The notes: generated by a model not told the origin, from the letters alone. A stretch of DNA of 64,000 bases from Macrostomum lignano (GCA_002269645.1 NIVC01000889.1:354696-418695); one strand, 5' to 3'; counted from the stretch's first letter, positions 26,000-39,240 are shown. A program made the numbers and translations.

Positions 26000-28079
26000 A
26001 AGGGGATGTCAACTTAAGCACCAGAATGGAGCCCGAAGTTCAGCTCCGGACCAAACCGACTGCAATCGATAACTTGTCGGCCCAGACGACTAGAATCGCC
26101 GAGACATCCCATCCGGGTCCCTTCCTTGGGGTCCCAGGGGATAAAGGGGATAAAATGGGGATCTCATGTCAACTTAAGCACCAGAATGGAGCCCGAAGTT
26201 CAGCTCCGGACCAAACCGACTGCAATCGATAACTTGTCGGCCCAGACGACTAGAATCGCCGAGACATCCCATCCGGGTCCCTTCCTTGGGGTCCCAGGGG
26301 ATAAAGGGGATAAAATGGGGATCTCATGTCAACTTAAGGCTCTGGAATGGAGCCCGAAGTTCAGCTCCGGCCCAAACCGACTGAAATCGATAACTTGTCG
26401 GCCCAGACGACTAGAATCGCCGAGACATCCCATCCGGCTCCCTTCCTTGGGGTGACTGAAACTCCTCTTGCTTGCCGCTAGACTGTTGCTCAGTAGGCTT
26501 CCGCTGCTGTGGTAAAGCATTTTCTCTGGCATAAAGTCTGGCAACAAGGCTGCGTGGAACTTCCAGCTTCCAGCTTTTGCTGATGAGTAGTAGCCACGAA
26601 GAAGTTGCAATCCAGGATCTCTAAAACCAAAGCGATTGTCCGCTGCTGTCACACACTCTAAGAATCACGCGTAGGATTTCGAATTATGGCGCGAGAAAAC
26701 GACAGCTAGTAAAATCAAAACGGATGCCACCGACCGAATAGGTTGCTCCAGTTTTCTAACGGCGTCTCTTGCCGAATCTTCCAACACTCCCGGCGGCTCG
26801 GATGTGTAACTCAAAGTCTCTCCAGGAGTCACCTTCGTAGCTACCGAGAACCTCCTTGACACGAATGTTTTGAATGTAATAATCAGCTTGATTTAGTTGA
26901 TACGGACCCACCGAAACCTCTGACAAATTCACTGTGTGAATTCGGGGGAACCCCGAGCTTTTTGGATCCAGCGGGTTGACGGCAATCCATGCCCTTGTGT
27001 TAGCAGGGGGGCACGCTTCAGATCACAGTTGAAGTGCAGCTGCTCAATTTCGTCCAGTTCGTTGGACAAGAGCACTCGGCGCATGAAATTCTGACCGAAT
27101 TCGAACAACGATAGCCCTGTCCATGACGGTGGAGCTGTTTAAATGATTCAAAACCTGGATGCGCCCGGTTGTACTTTGCCATCGAGGTCTCGATAACAAC
27201 GTCTAATCGGCTGGGCTTACTGAAGCCGGCTGACGGCAGCCACTGATACGGTTTGTGCCTCTCGTTAACACATTAGTCCTGCTTAATGGCAGCAAAGCAG
27301 CACATAGCGGAACATAGTGGCACAGCGGATGTCTCTGCGATTCTTGTCGTCTGGGCCGACAAGTTATCGATTGCAGTCGATTTGGGCCGGAGCTGAACTT
27401 CGGGCTCCATTCCAGAGCCTTAAGTTGACATGAGATCCCCATTTTATCCCCTTTATCCCCTGGGACCCCAAGGAAGGGACCCGGATGGGATGTCTCGGCG
27501 ATTCTAGTCGTCTGGGCCGACAAGTTATCGATTGCAGTCGGTTTGGTCCGGAGCTGAACTTCGGGCTCCATTCTGGTGCTTAAGTTGACATGAGATCCCC
27601 ATTTTATCCCCTTTATCCCCTGGGACCCCAAGGAAGGGACCCGGATGGGATGTCTCGGCGATTCTAGTCGTCTGGGCCGACAAGTTATCGATTTCAGTCG
27701 GTTTGGGCCGGAGCTGAACTTCGGGCTCCATTCCAGAGCCTTAAGTTGACATGAGATCCCCATTTTATCCCCTTTATTCCCTGGGACCCCAAGGAAGGGA
27801 CCCGGATGGGATGTCTCGGCGATTCTAGTCGTCTGGGCCGACAAGTTATCGATTGCAGTCGGTTTGGTCCGGAGCTGAACTTCGGGCTCCATTCCAGAGC
27901 CTTAAGTTGACATGAGATCCCCATTTTATCCCCTTTATTCCCTGGGACCCCAAGGAAGGGACCCGGATGGGATGTCTCGGCGATTCTAGTCGTCTGGGCC
28001 GACAAGTTATCGATTGCAGTCGGTTTGGTCCGGAGCTGAACTTCGGGCTCCATTCTGGTGCTTAAGTTGACATTCCCTT
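26000..28079. mobile_element. Foldback-like element: inverted arms of 160-bp tandem units around a ~0.87-kb core
   Basis: Left arm 26000-26453 has ~2.8 units (ATGTCAACTTAAG at 26006, 26166, 26326). Right arm ~27326-28079 has ~4.7 units in reverse complement. Termini AAGGGGATGTCAAC / GTTGACATTCCCTT, flanked by a CAAGA direct repeat. Confidence 0.8.
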
Positions 28080-28179
28080 CAAGAAATTCTGCGACCGTCC
28101 CAGAAATGCACAAAATCTTGTGGTCTTCAGTGCCAGTCTTTATTGATCTTGTGGCTTCGAACTTTACATAAAAAATCTC

Positions 28180-28820
28180 CCGGATGTCACTTGTCTGGGG
28201 TCTTCATGACGTCACATGTCTGGGGACTTCAGGATGTCACATGTTATAGGGTCATCAGGACGTCACATGTCTGGGGTCTTCAGGACGTCACATGTCTGGG
28301 GTCTTCAGGACGTCACATGTCTGGAGTCTTCAGGACGTCACATGTCTGGGGTCTTCAGGATGTCACTTGTCTGGGGTCTTCATGACGTCACATATCTAGG
28401 GTCTTCAGGACGTCACATGTCTGGGGACTTCAGGATGTCACATGTTATAGGGTCTTCAGGACGTCACATGTCTGGGGTCTTCAGGACGTCACATGTCTGG
28501 AGTCTTCAGGACGTCACATGTCTGGGGTCTTCAGGACGTCACATGTCTGGGGTCTTCAGGACGTCACATGTCTGGGGTCTTCAGGACGTCATATGTCTGG
28601 GGTCTTCAAGACGTCACATGTCTGAGGTCTTCAGGACGTCACTTGTCTGGGGACTTCAGGATGTCACATGTTATAGGGTCTTCAGGATGTCACATGTCTG
28701 GGGTCTTCAGGACGCCTCATGTCTGGGGTCTTCAGGATGTCACATGTCTAGGGTCTTCAGGACGTCGCATGTCTAGGGTATTCAGGGCGTTAGGACATCT
28801 TGGGGTCTTCAGGATGTCAC
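28180..28820. repeat. 25-bp intergenic minisatellite
   Basis: GTCTTCAGGACGTCACATGTCTGGG, about 25 copies. Confidence 0.95.
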
Positions 28821-29176
28821 ATATTGACCCTTCATCTTAATTTGATTCTTTGATCGGGTAAGTCCTTGGAATTTCTTAAGCTCATTGACACTCTACTGTC
28901 GGTAGTCTAAAAAACACTCTACTGTCGGTAGTCTAAAAAACATGGACTAGAAACCGTTTTAAAGTAAATGCTAAAGTAAAAGTTTTATCTTAAATAAAAC
29001 GGATGTGAAGTAGAACTCGTATATTTAGCAAGTCTATCTTAACAAAGCATATTGATTTTTCTTGCGTTAATTTTGGGATTTTGTTTGATTTTGAGAAAGT
29101 CCCACTCGTGATCGTGAAGATCGCGAAGTACGCTCGTGCACTACTCCGTGTCAGAGACCCAAACCTGCACTGATTA

Positions 29177-32100
29177 TCAGAAGACGCAGTCCTTCGGCTG
29201 GCTGAGCCCCAGTCGAATCCAAGCCACTTCGACTAGCAGAATGATCAGCCCAAGACCATAGAAGCAGCCAGTCAGCGCGAGTCCTCCAACAACGTGATTG
29301 AGTCCAATGGAACTCGCGGTCGAAGCTGCGTTGCCTTTGCTGCTACTGGCGCAAGCTGAAGTAACATTTTCCGATCGCATGTAGGTCCAAAATAGTCGCT
29401 GCATCGCTCCCGTCTCGTGCAGCTTCTGCAAACTTAATTAAAGAATTATCAGTTGTTACAAAGCGTCATTGTGTTAATTTATAACTTTGTCAGTAGACTT
29501 GTATTTTAAGGAAAGTATATTTGTATTTTAAATATTGTGGTTTGTACTTTAAGAACACTAGCTTGTACTTTTAAAATTACATGTTTGTACTTTTTAGACT
29601 TGTAGGATTGTACTTTTAGAATTGTAGGATTTTACTTATAGAATTGTAGCTTTGTACTTTAACAACTATAAGTTTCTACTTGATGGATTTTAGACTTGTA
29701 CAAATTATTAGTTTATCGGAGTTTAGGAACAATGGTATTAAGTTTTGATACATTCGATTTTTCGCTCAAGGAGTTTAGATCTGTACTTTAAGGAGTGTAG
29801 AATTGTACTTTCAAGATTGTAGATTTATGCTTTAAGGAGTGTTTATTATCACATTTATCGTTCGAACTCTTTTAGCGTACTAGAAATCCATGACGTCTGC
29901 GTACAAGGCATCCTTCGGATACATGAATGCCACGGTGGCTGTGTTAAAATGCTCCTTGGCAATATAGTACTCCTTGCACTTTTCGTTGGCAATCGGCAGC
30001 AGGAAGCTGTAGTCGTTGATGCAGGCTCGGTGACCCTCGGATACCTGCAAAGTTCCAAAACTTCCTAGGCAAAAAATTCCGCATCGCATTGAAATTGTAT
30101 GAAGTGTGAGCTCGCTAAAGTGATCTGCAAGACTTTTTGACTTCGGGAAGTTTCGAGTTTGTGAAGATTCGAGCGTGCGATCTGTGTACACATGGCCTGG
30201 CTCACAATACCCGATTAGCACACACGCCCAAGCACTCACCCCGTCGAGACAGTGTCCCAGCGGCACTGCAACCATTGTCTCAGCCAACTGTTTGTACATT
30301 CCATCTGGCGCCTGACTAAACATGGTGTACAGATTCGAGTCTAGGACCACATTAGGTAGGATTGACGACTGAGCTAGCAGATCTTCCAGCGACCGTATGG
30401 GCAGATTTTCGGTGTGGACCGTCAGGAAGGCAGTCAGGTTGGCTGTCTCAGGAAAAGGCAGCGAAAAAGTAGGTTGGGTTTTGAATTCCATGTATATTAT
30501 GAAATATAGTAGAAATTCACGAAAATCTAAATTCAATGAAGCACTTAAAGAAGCTACATAATAAATTGCCTTTAACACGGACTCACCCGTGTAGGCGCTG
30601 TAGACTATCACGGTAAACATCCACCAAAATGCCATGACAGTGCGGGCTGACATTGCGAACGGAAAGAAATCCTGACCCTGCTGCAGAAAGCTGCCCACGA
30701 TGCTCCACAGGTACTCCTGCACGCGAACCTCGTCAGCGATGGAATACTGCAGGCCGAGGTTGTAAGCAGAGAATGGCGAAAAATACGACAGGCACCAAGC
30801 GATGACTGAACTCATGACGACAAACGCAACCAGCGTTAGCCAAACGTACGAATGAAACGACTCAAAAACGCTAACAAGGTCCGGAGCAGAGACTGGTCGG
30901 GGTAACAAAATGCAAGTCGACTCTTCGAACAAGGACACGGAGAAGTCTATTACTCGTTCTCGAACTGTTGTCCTGGTGAACGGGCCAGCGGCGAGAGTGA
31001 CTGCCTGTCGTTAAAAAAAATGGATAAAAATTGGTCAGTTAAACTGATTTCATCAGTAGGTTGTAGTTACCAACAGCCGGCACTTATGTGGACTGAAACC
31101 GATATTGCGGAAATTTTCTAAGGTCCTACATCTTGTTCTGCGGTGAAAATCCGGTACTTTAGCGGTTTCTGCTACCTACAGACTAAACTCTAATTGGGAA
31201 CATCGTCAAAAAGCAGAATCTTTCACAGCCCTGAAACTTCATATCCGTTAAAAACTCTTACTAGTCACTTTCGCCAGCTCACAACCCAAAGTATTTCGAC
31301 AATGTGAAATTTCCAGCTTGGGAAAGTGACTCCTTTGGTGGTTTTTTGCTACCTACATTCTCTACATGGATGATTTTCCGACTTTACGTTGCCTACACTC
31401 GATTTTGCATCATCGACGCAACATCGAGTGCCTAACAGCCAGATGCACTGGACTAACCAGCCAGCTATACTCGTACTCACCCCTCTCTGCAGCTCCCCTA
31501 CGCAGCCAGAGTAGACAGTTGAATTTAGCATCGGAGCGCCGAACTCCCCGTCGGCTGGTTGTTTGGTGACGTAGCTAAAAAACAAAATTTACTTTCGTTT
31601 AGTTTTGCTACTTTCAGTAGTACACAGTTCTTGTTTGTTTTAAAGCAATACTCTCACCGAAATTCCATTTTCTCAGCTAGGAAGTTAAGTAAGTCCATTA
31701 TAAATCCTTTGATTTGCACCGTGTTGTTTGCGGATCTAGACACGTAGCTCGTCAGTGGTACTTGCTGCAACAAAAAATAATCTATGCTCATATTTTGTTA
31801 GTTCATTAATGTGCAACAGTGAGATGCCTACCTCCGGTGCGCAAATGGTGATGGTCTCGTTCTTGAAGCCCAGAAAGGTGTTGGGGAAGACCAGCTGCTC
31901 AGACCGGTAGCTGAACAGTTTGCTCAGCTCACCGCTGGACACGTCGAACGCGGCTGATCGAAGGAACTCCAGCGGTGAGGACTTCAACTTGTTGTAAGAA
32001 GCGACCAGCTCTAGACCCTGCGAGTCGAGGTGTCTGGTGCTGGCGTTGAAGGACGTCCGACCTATCAGCTGTGGGATGGCGAACAGGTATGAGTAGGTAT

Positions 32101-35100
32101 TTGACTCGACTATTCAGTCCTGGTAATCTAGCGAAGCTTCAATCTATTTAGCTCAGTTGGCTCACAGCGATCAGTTGAGCCATCACGAAGCTACCGTGGC
32201 TCCAGGGTTGCAGAGGCAGACAGGAGGCATTGCTGGGCTGGAATCCGGGCAACAGCAGCGACTGATTCAGTGCGGCAGATACAGCTTCCAAAACTTTTAC
32301 AAATTGAACGTCCAAGGTCTGCGGGGAGAGATGCGTTGATTCTACGTCCTTGCTTTTAATGGCACTGTTATACTCGATACTATTAGTATCAAATGCTATT
32401 TGAATAAAACTTTCATTCACTTTTGGACTGGTTTCTCCTTGGCTTAAAATAGTGAGCTGTGGAGAGTGAGCTAACGTCCTTTTTTGTGAGTAGGCCTCAA
32501 CAACTATAGCAGAATATCACGAGCTGCCTTTGAAATTGAGCTTTGTCTGCGTTCTGGGGAAGTGACTTTGCAGGTTGAACAATGGAAGGTCTCACATCCT
32601 TGATGCAATCCTCAGACATTACTGCATCTCACATCCTTGATGCAATCCTCAGACACTGCTGTATCTCACATCCTTGATGCAATCCTCAGACACTTCTGTA
32701 TCTCAAATCCTTGATGCAATCCTCAGACACTGCTGCATCCATAACCTCCATTGCCATCTCGAGTCCTTACTCCCAGCTCACCCGCAAGCTCCGGCCGTCT
32801 CCAACTTCAAGCAGGTCCGTGCAGGCGGTTGAGCACTCGGCCGTGGCTCCTCTGAGCAGCGCCACATTGGCGCCAGCCGAGGCGGCCAGCGAAGCCGCCA
32901 GCGGGCCCGTGGAGAGGCCGCCGCCGTCCAGCAGCAGCCAGAAATAATTCTGCCCGAGCACCGCCGCGTCGGCCGCACGTCGCAGCGTTTCGATCGCGTT
33001 GGCCGGCGTTGCCAATAGCAACAGACGGCGGACTCGCTTGCGGACGAGGCTGCGCAGACGCGACGTCAGGTTGGAGGAGGCCGTAGCTGTCGAGTCCAGC
33101 TGCAGGGCGAAGCTGCCGACTCCAACTCGAGACAGGCGGGACTGCAGCCGCTCGAGCACTGCCTGATCTATATAGTGATGTTTTCGAACTGTTAATGACA
33201 GTACCGCATACAAAACTAGACAGCTAGTCCAACCTAGGACAGTCAACGTACTTTGTTCAGCGTCGTACAGTATCGCCGCGTAGCTTCCTGGCACGCGGCG
33301 AATCGACTGCATCGTTGCTACCGCCGCTCTGACAAAATCCTCGGTCGATTGAGTACCGAAGATGGTGAAGCTTTCGCCTATTGTAATATTCAGATTGGGT
33401 TAATGTCTTTAAATTCAAATGTTTTTTGCGCAAATCAAGGGCAACCATAGAAGTTACAGTGAGATGGCAAATGTACCTTTTAAAGTTTCTTAACAGAACT
33501 ACCGGGGGGTTAATTTCCCCTGTTTTTTGCAATGCAGCCACATGAAATTCCAGAACACGGACTAAATTTCTTTTGCGCACCTTCTCAAACAAGAATCAAG
33601 TCACCAGTCCTCAGGACCGTCGAGATATTCAATGATTCTGTCAAAAGGTTGGACTTTTCGTATAAGCGCTACTGTATTCAATACACCCGTAGCACTGAGC
33701 CTCAATGCGGCCTTATAAAGCCTTCAAATTTCAAACCGCATGTGTCTGCATGCTTCAGCTCTGACTTCGTTGGTCACTGGCCTTCACTCAGGTGGGAATT
33801 CAACAAGTGGCACTAAGTGACTATGGACACCCTGTTGCGAATTTCTCTATAGTTTCGTTGTTCAAGCTTCAATAATGGGCAAACCTTAACTGCTAGATCT
33901 TCGTTCTCACTGCTTTTGTCAGTCATGTCTAAATGAAAATATAAAGGTGAAACTATAGAGCCACAATGGACCAAATTGATGCTTGTTGGACCAGAATAAA
34001 TGCTGCTGTGCCAGCCTTGTTACCATAGACGAAAGCTCCACTACTTTGGCAAAAATACCTTAGATTAAATTCAATGCGTGTACGCCCAAATGGGCTGCAA
34101 AATGCTATACTTTTTCCAACCTTTTTCTTGCTAGACTTCGACAAAGCATGCGCTTACTTCAATTTGGAATTCGAAACGACTGTTGAAAAATTGAAAATTC
34201 AGAGCTAAAATACTGGAAACTTTCTGTCTCACTAAACTTTTACCCGCGAAACCCGGCATCCAGCCAAATTATCGCGATTTTGCGAGAGAAGCGTCATTCT
34301 GCGTCAGGCTCCATACCGTAGCTTCCAGTGGTCCTTGGCACCAAACAACTGGATAGTTAAAGTTCTTGCGTTGACTCACCGCTCCAGTCGCAACCCAATT
34401 CGATTGGCAAAGCCAGCAGTGGAAGCTGCAGCGAGGTGGCCAGCGGTTTCAGCTGTTTCAGCAGGCGGCATCGGCCGGCTGAGATGATAGCGGCGAGGCC
34501 TGACTCGCTGCACACTTTTGGTGAATTTTTTATGCATTGCTGTAGAATTAAGCTCTTTAGCTTAAAAAAAACTTACGACGACTCTTGAGCACATGACCAT
34601 AATACTGTACACTGCTCACGCAGGGTGTACAAGCGTCCCCGACTTTCTAATCGTCAGGCATTTACACTCGCCTGTGCTTTGGGGGTTGGCCCTGATGATT
34701 GTGAACTACTGCGTGGCCCATCTGAAGGCTGCGGTACGACTGGTTAGTCCAAGGACGGGGGGTCGCCACACAAACCCTCAATTGCCCCAGCAAATGCTTG
34801 TCCTATTTTACAGCTGGGTGAACTGAAGCAATGCAGAGTTAAATATCTTGCTTAAGGACACAAATTGTTCCAAGTTGGTCGAGAATCGAACCCCCGACCT
34901 TTCATGGGTGAGTCCGACGCTCTAACCACAAGGCTACAACCCCTCTCCCAAACTCTATAGCATGCATGTAATTAGACCAGCCCATATCAGTGACCACTCA
35001 CAAGATTTTGCCGCCTCCAACCCGTCCGATGTTCGGACAGTTATCGCTCTGACCTCGTGACCCGTCAGCAGCCTCCAGTTCTCGTTGACGCGGCGTTGCA

Positions 35101-35338
35101 CAGCCAAGTTGATCAGCGAGTCGCTCAGCAGGTCCGGCTCAGTTACTACGGCGATTTTCAAGACGAGGGTGTCACCTAAGGGACCAGTTTACGACAAGAT
35201 ATAATTTGGTGATTAATTGAGTCGCCATAGCGATTTTTATCACAAATCTGTGTTACCTGAATGGTTGCCGTTCAGAACAATTAGATGCACCAGCAGACAC
35301 AGCAGACTAGTTGGAGTTAAGTTCGTCTGGGTAGGCAT
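29177..35338 (-). CDS. Ionotropic glutamate receptor-like subunit B (tandem paralog of A), about 844 aa, 13 exons
   Basis: Exons 35338-35257, 35175-35002, 34514-34380, 33377-33252, 33167-32782, 32318-32166, 32068-31832, 31764-31658, 31574-31481, 31004-30587, 30442-30240, 30044-29881, 29432-29177; total 2535 nt in frame. Motifs: KGFIMDLLNFLAEKMEF, DGEFG...GCVGELQRG, AGPFTRTTVRERVIDFS, GSFLQQGQDFFPFAMSARTVMAFWWMFTVIVYSAYTANLTAFLTV, M4 GLNHVVGGLALTGCFYGLGLIILLVE. Confidence 0.9.
29510..29845. repeat. Degenerate AT-rich minisatellite in last intron of iGluR-like B
   Basis: Recurring TTGTACTTT(T)A(A/G)GAA-type ~18-bp units. Confidence 0.6.
32590..32735. repeat. 36-bp intronic minisatellite, shared with paralog A
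   Basis: About 4 copies of the unit seen at 22885-23145. Confidence 0.9.
34580..34943 (-). mobile_element. tRNA-derived SINE with a Meta-domain-like core, in intron of iGluR-like B
   Basis: Minus strand: GGGGTTGTAGCCTTGTGGTTAGAGCG (A box) ... GGTTCGATTCTCG (B box), then TTGTGTCCTTAAGCAAGATATTTAACTCTGCATTGCTTCAGTTCACCCAGCTGTAAATAGG, then a tail GCCAACCCCCAAAGCACAG...GTACACCCTGCGTGAG shared with the other two SINEs. Confidence 0.75.
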
Positions 35339-36208
35339 TAATGAGGCAAGTCAAAAGCTGTATGTAAAATTAAAGCTGATGGCTTTACCCTGTCAGGCTT
35401 AAGTTTAAGTCTGTTTTAATAAGCCCAGCTCAGTTCTGCCCAAGGTACGCTCGTATGCGATTGGTTCTCGCTAGAGCATTGTCGGTATGTAGGTGAGCAA
35501 CTTTCCGTGTACTAGTATAATCCCAATCCACTGAGTGTTTATTCAACAATAAGGATTCAATGCAGTAAAGAGATCTACAGACAATCTTTGAAGTTAACTG
35601 CGTATTTCATGAGGATGTTGTTGAGGCCGAGATTCTTTATGAGAATATGGGAACTACATTAGCCTAAACACCAAGGTACATCGGGCTGTTTTCTGTGTGC
35701 CTCTTCACAGTCTCCCCTCTAGTGTTGGCAATCAATCCATCTATGGGGGAATTTTGTTTATCTAACAACCTGAGAGCGTCGATAGAATGGATTTCTCATA
35801 TGCGCCGTCAGGACTGCGCAGTGCCTACACAACTGTATATGGCCCCCTGGCATTGCCCGGCCATGTTGACTTAGGGAATTCGGAATGAATCTAAGCTGCC
35901 CAATACAGGCTGGGATCCGCGATTCAACACTATGGAAACAGTAATTTGAACAGAATCCCTTTTGTTGATCCTATATAGTAAATAATATTGTATCATATTT
36001 ATAATATCATACTCTATAACACATATGCAAGTCTTCTCTTCAGATGAACACAGAGTAAGATGTACACAGAAACGTAAAATGTTACGCTTCATGTCCATAC
36101 ATAAAGTCCATGTGTGCATTAATAAAGCAATTTTTTAGACGGATATAAATTTGTAAAGAAACGAAATAGAGAGTATATTTATCTGAATGGCTTCTGAACC
36201 GTGGCTAT

Positions 36209-36837
36209 TGTGACAGTGTGATTCGTAGAAGCGTGTATCGTATTTCTTTATTTTCATATGCATACCGTATTCTTTCATTTATTTTAACAATATTCGTACG
36301 TATTATTATCGCGCTATTTTTACTGTTAATTGCTTTGGTTTTGTAGCCTCGTATGTATTTATTCTATTATTTGTATTTCATTCATATCGTTATTATTTCT
36401 CGTAAAGTAGTTCTACCTATGTACATGTACTGACGTATGTTATTCTTGCATGATATATTTATCGATTAATTTGTACATGTACATTGCGCGCCGCGTGGGG
36501 GGTTGTTTGTCTGGGTTTTGGATTAAGGGTGTTGTTGTTATCTGTTTACCTTTAAATATATGCTTACACTGCAGTCAGCAGCCGCTCTCGCCCTTCCCCT
36601 TGCTTCGCTTCTAGACCTAGGCTCGCTAACCCTTAGCTGTGACGCTGTCTGGCCTCCTTACACCAACTCTTCCGCCGTCTACCTTGGCACACCAATTAGT
36701 TAATTAACTGATCCAGCAATTTTAAGTAGCACTAGCAAAAGTCTAAGGGTTGAAGCGGCTTGCCGATCTGCTAACTAATCGTGAACTATCTAAATTAACC
36801 GCTACACAAATCCATCTTATTCGCCTTATTCGTCACA
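36209..36837 (-). mobile_element. Solo LTR (629 bp) with 4-bp target-site duplication
   Basis: Termini TGTGAC...GTCACA, flanked on both sides by CTAT. Minus strand has a TATA-like TATATTTAAA (~36555) followed by AATAAA motifs (~36250-36280). Confidence 0.7.
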
Positions 36838-38819
36838 CTATATCTCATTACATAAAAACTTTTAAATACGTTTAATTTATCCAGGAGAGTAAGGATCGTT
36901 GCTGTTTGTCACTCTGATCATAGCATTTCTCCTCGATCATTTACAGCTACCAACATATACTGCAAAGTTTACTGTTGTGTTAGCAACTATTAGAATAGCA
37001 GTATAGAATCCGCATGGTCATACAAAGTTTAATATTTAAGTAGATAGATCATGTTCGCTTCATTTTCAGCAGTTTACAAATAAATTTTGACTCTTCATGA
37101 GCGGCTTGATCAATTTTTTAATTGAATTCATCTTATAACTAAAAGTCATAAGTTTTTCAGAAGGACTATTGGAAATAGATAATACATTTTCAGTCTGAGA
37201 TGCATAGAAAAAACCTATGTTTTCATCGAATTCCAATTCGGTTTTGCATTACAAACCGAGTTATAATTTCAAGCGTAAAAAACTGAGGCCGTTTTTTGCT
37301 TTTTTAAACATCTTTCGTTTCCTAATCATAAAAATGAGGGGATACAGGAAGATCTATCCCCGTATAACCTCCAAGCTACGCTAACAACGCTATGTCGTCG
37401 TGGTATGCTTACAACTGGCTTAGAAATACAGTTTGACAGGCTTTTTTTCTAAAAAAGGTTTGCGTAATCAATAAATTACGTTAAAAAAGAATAGTTATAT
37501 CCTTCTTAAAAACAAAATGCAGTGCTCAAGTAGAGAAACTGAATATGTTTTGTTTTACCCTAAGAACCTAAAAACTTATATATTTAATTTTTTCGATAAA
37601 AATATACTTAGAAATGGCTCTCTCGCGCTGACTTACTGTGAATGAAATACACCCCAGTTGCTGAATCCCTTGTTAAACCAGGTCAACCAAAGTAAATTCT
37701 TTCTTAATTTTTTGCAAAACAACTTACGCCGCAGATTTCATGCCTAAGCTGCATAAAATGGACTGTCAAAAATTAGTTAGATTGATTGTCTGATACTCTA
37801 ACTGTATGACTATAGCTTGATTATTTGATTGATTGATTGATTATAGGCCTAGCTGAATATAAAAACATAAATGATTTCATGCTCATTGAATTACATAGTG
37901 ATTTTATAACTTGCAAAATTGTTCCTGATATAAACTTTTATATTTATACAGAATTTAACTAGTCTAATTTTTAAAAAATTAACAGAGAAGTAATGTATTG
38001 TAATTTGTAAAGTAATGTATTTTTATCTTGGCATTACATATTGTATAATAATTTTAATTATAATATTTATTCATTTTTTACTATTTCTTCCTCAATTTCA
38101 TTGCATAAAATAGTATGAAAAACATTTATTCTATGTTTTTCTTAAATTTTATTCTTTGAGGGCCACACTCTAGATCATATCTCTGGATCTAGATAAAAAA
38201 ATTGGGTGTGCATCGGCCTTGTATGCCAAAAGTTGGCATGCAAGACTCTTAAGAAAATAGTATATGTGCACACCTGGTATGTATTTCATAGAATCATACC
38301 AAAAAGTTAATATTATTTAAAAGTGAAAAAAAATCATTTTGAAAAGTTCATTTTTAAGCATAAATTTCAAGCTTTCTAGTTTTTAAGTGCCTAACATAGC
38401 ATATATAAAAATGTTTATGTATATCAGTTTTCCTTTTTCTACTAAAGATAGTATAAGCAAGAATGATAAAAAAGCAACCAAATTATTTACCCAAAAAGGA
38501 TTCTTTAATGCAACACAAAAAGGTCACTTAACTTGTCAAAATAAAAAGGTCATTTATTGTTGCAATACTGGCATAGATATAAGAGTATAGGTATGCATTA
38601 TTTTTTTGGCATGTATTTTTAACTATTCAATTTTTGTTTGGGCCTGCACCAAGCATTATCTAAACTATGTCTTAGTAGGGGACCTACAAATAATTTTTTT
38701 ATATTATAAAAAGTAAAAAAATAGAATAAGGAAAAAAGTATATTAAGACAAATAGAGAGAAATACATAAAAAACTGAAATAAATAGTTTAATGGAAAAAA
38801 TGATAAAAAATAAAGACAA

Positions 38820-39240
38820 AGAAAGAAGAGAAGAGAGAAAAATCAATAGAAGCAGAAATATATAGAGATTTTAAAAATGAAAAGAAAGATTATAGCCTAA
38901 TAGTCTACAAACAAGCCAGCAAGATTTTCATTTTTAGTATATAGACAGAACTTATATATCAATGCCAATGGCCAAAAATAGTCATATTAATCTCATATAC
39001 TAAAAATTTTAAGGCTAAATTGGAATCTTAGCTTAGGTTTGCTTGTGCAATTAATGTCTTTGAGTCTTTACCCCTAAGGCAAAGCACAATGAAATATACA
39101 TGCCAAATATATGAGCCTATATATGAAGTTAAGACATATACTTATTAAGTATATGCCTATGTAAAAACATATATGTATCTGCGTACCTGTAGATCTACTT
39201 AGGGAAGTTGGTAGAATAAACAGTAATATCTTTTCTTAAT
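38820..39240 (+). pseudogene. Possible highly decayed LINE apurinic endonuclease fragment
   Basis: Stop-interrupted translation ILISYTKNFKAKLES ... RFACAINVF ... KYTCQ ... RTCRST*GS loosely follows the GDFNAK.G ... F...N ... TW ... R..D.GSDH order. Recognised by eye only. Confidence 0.3.

Noticed and set aside
22885-28820. Regular short repeats resembling CRISPR arrays
   Set aside because: Head-to-tail tandem units without unique spacers, no cas genes, eukaryotic context.
34870-34943. tRNA-like sequences here and at 55150-55210 and 56575-56650
   Set aside because: A and B boxes continue into shared SINE bodies and lack a full cloverleaf; annotated as SINEs, not tRNA genes.
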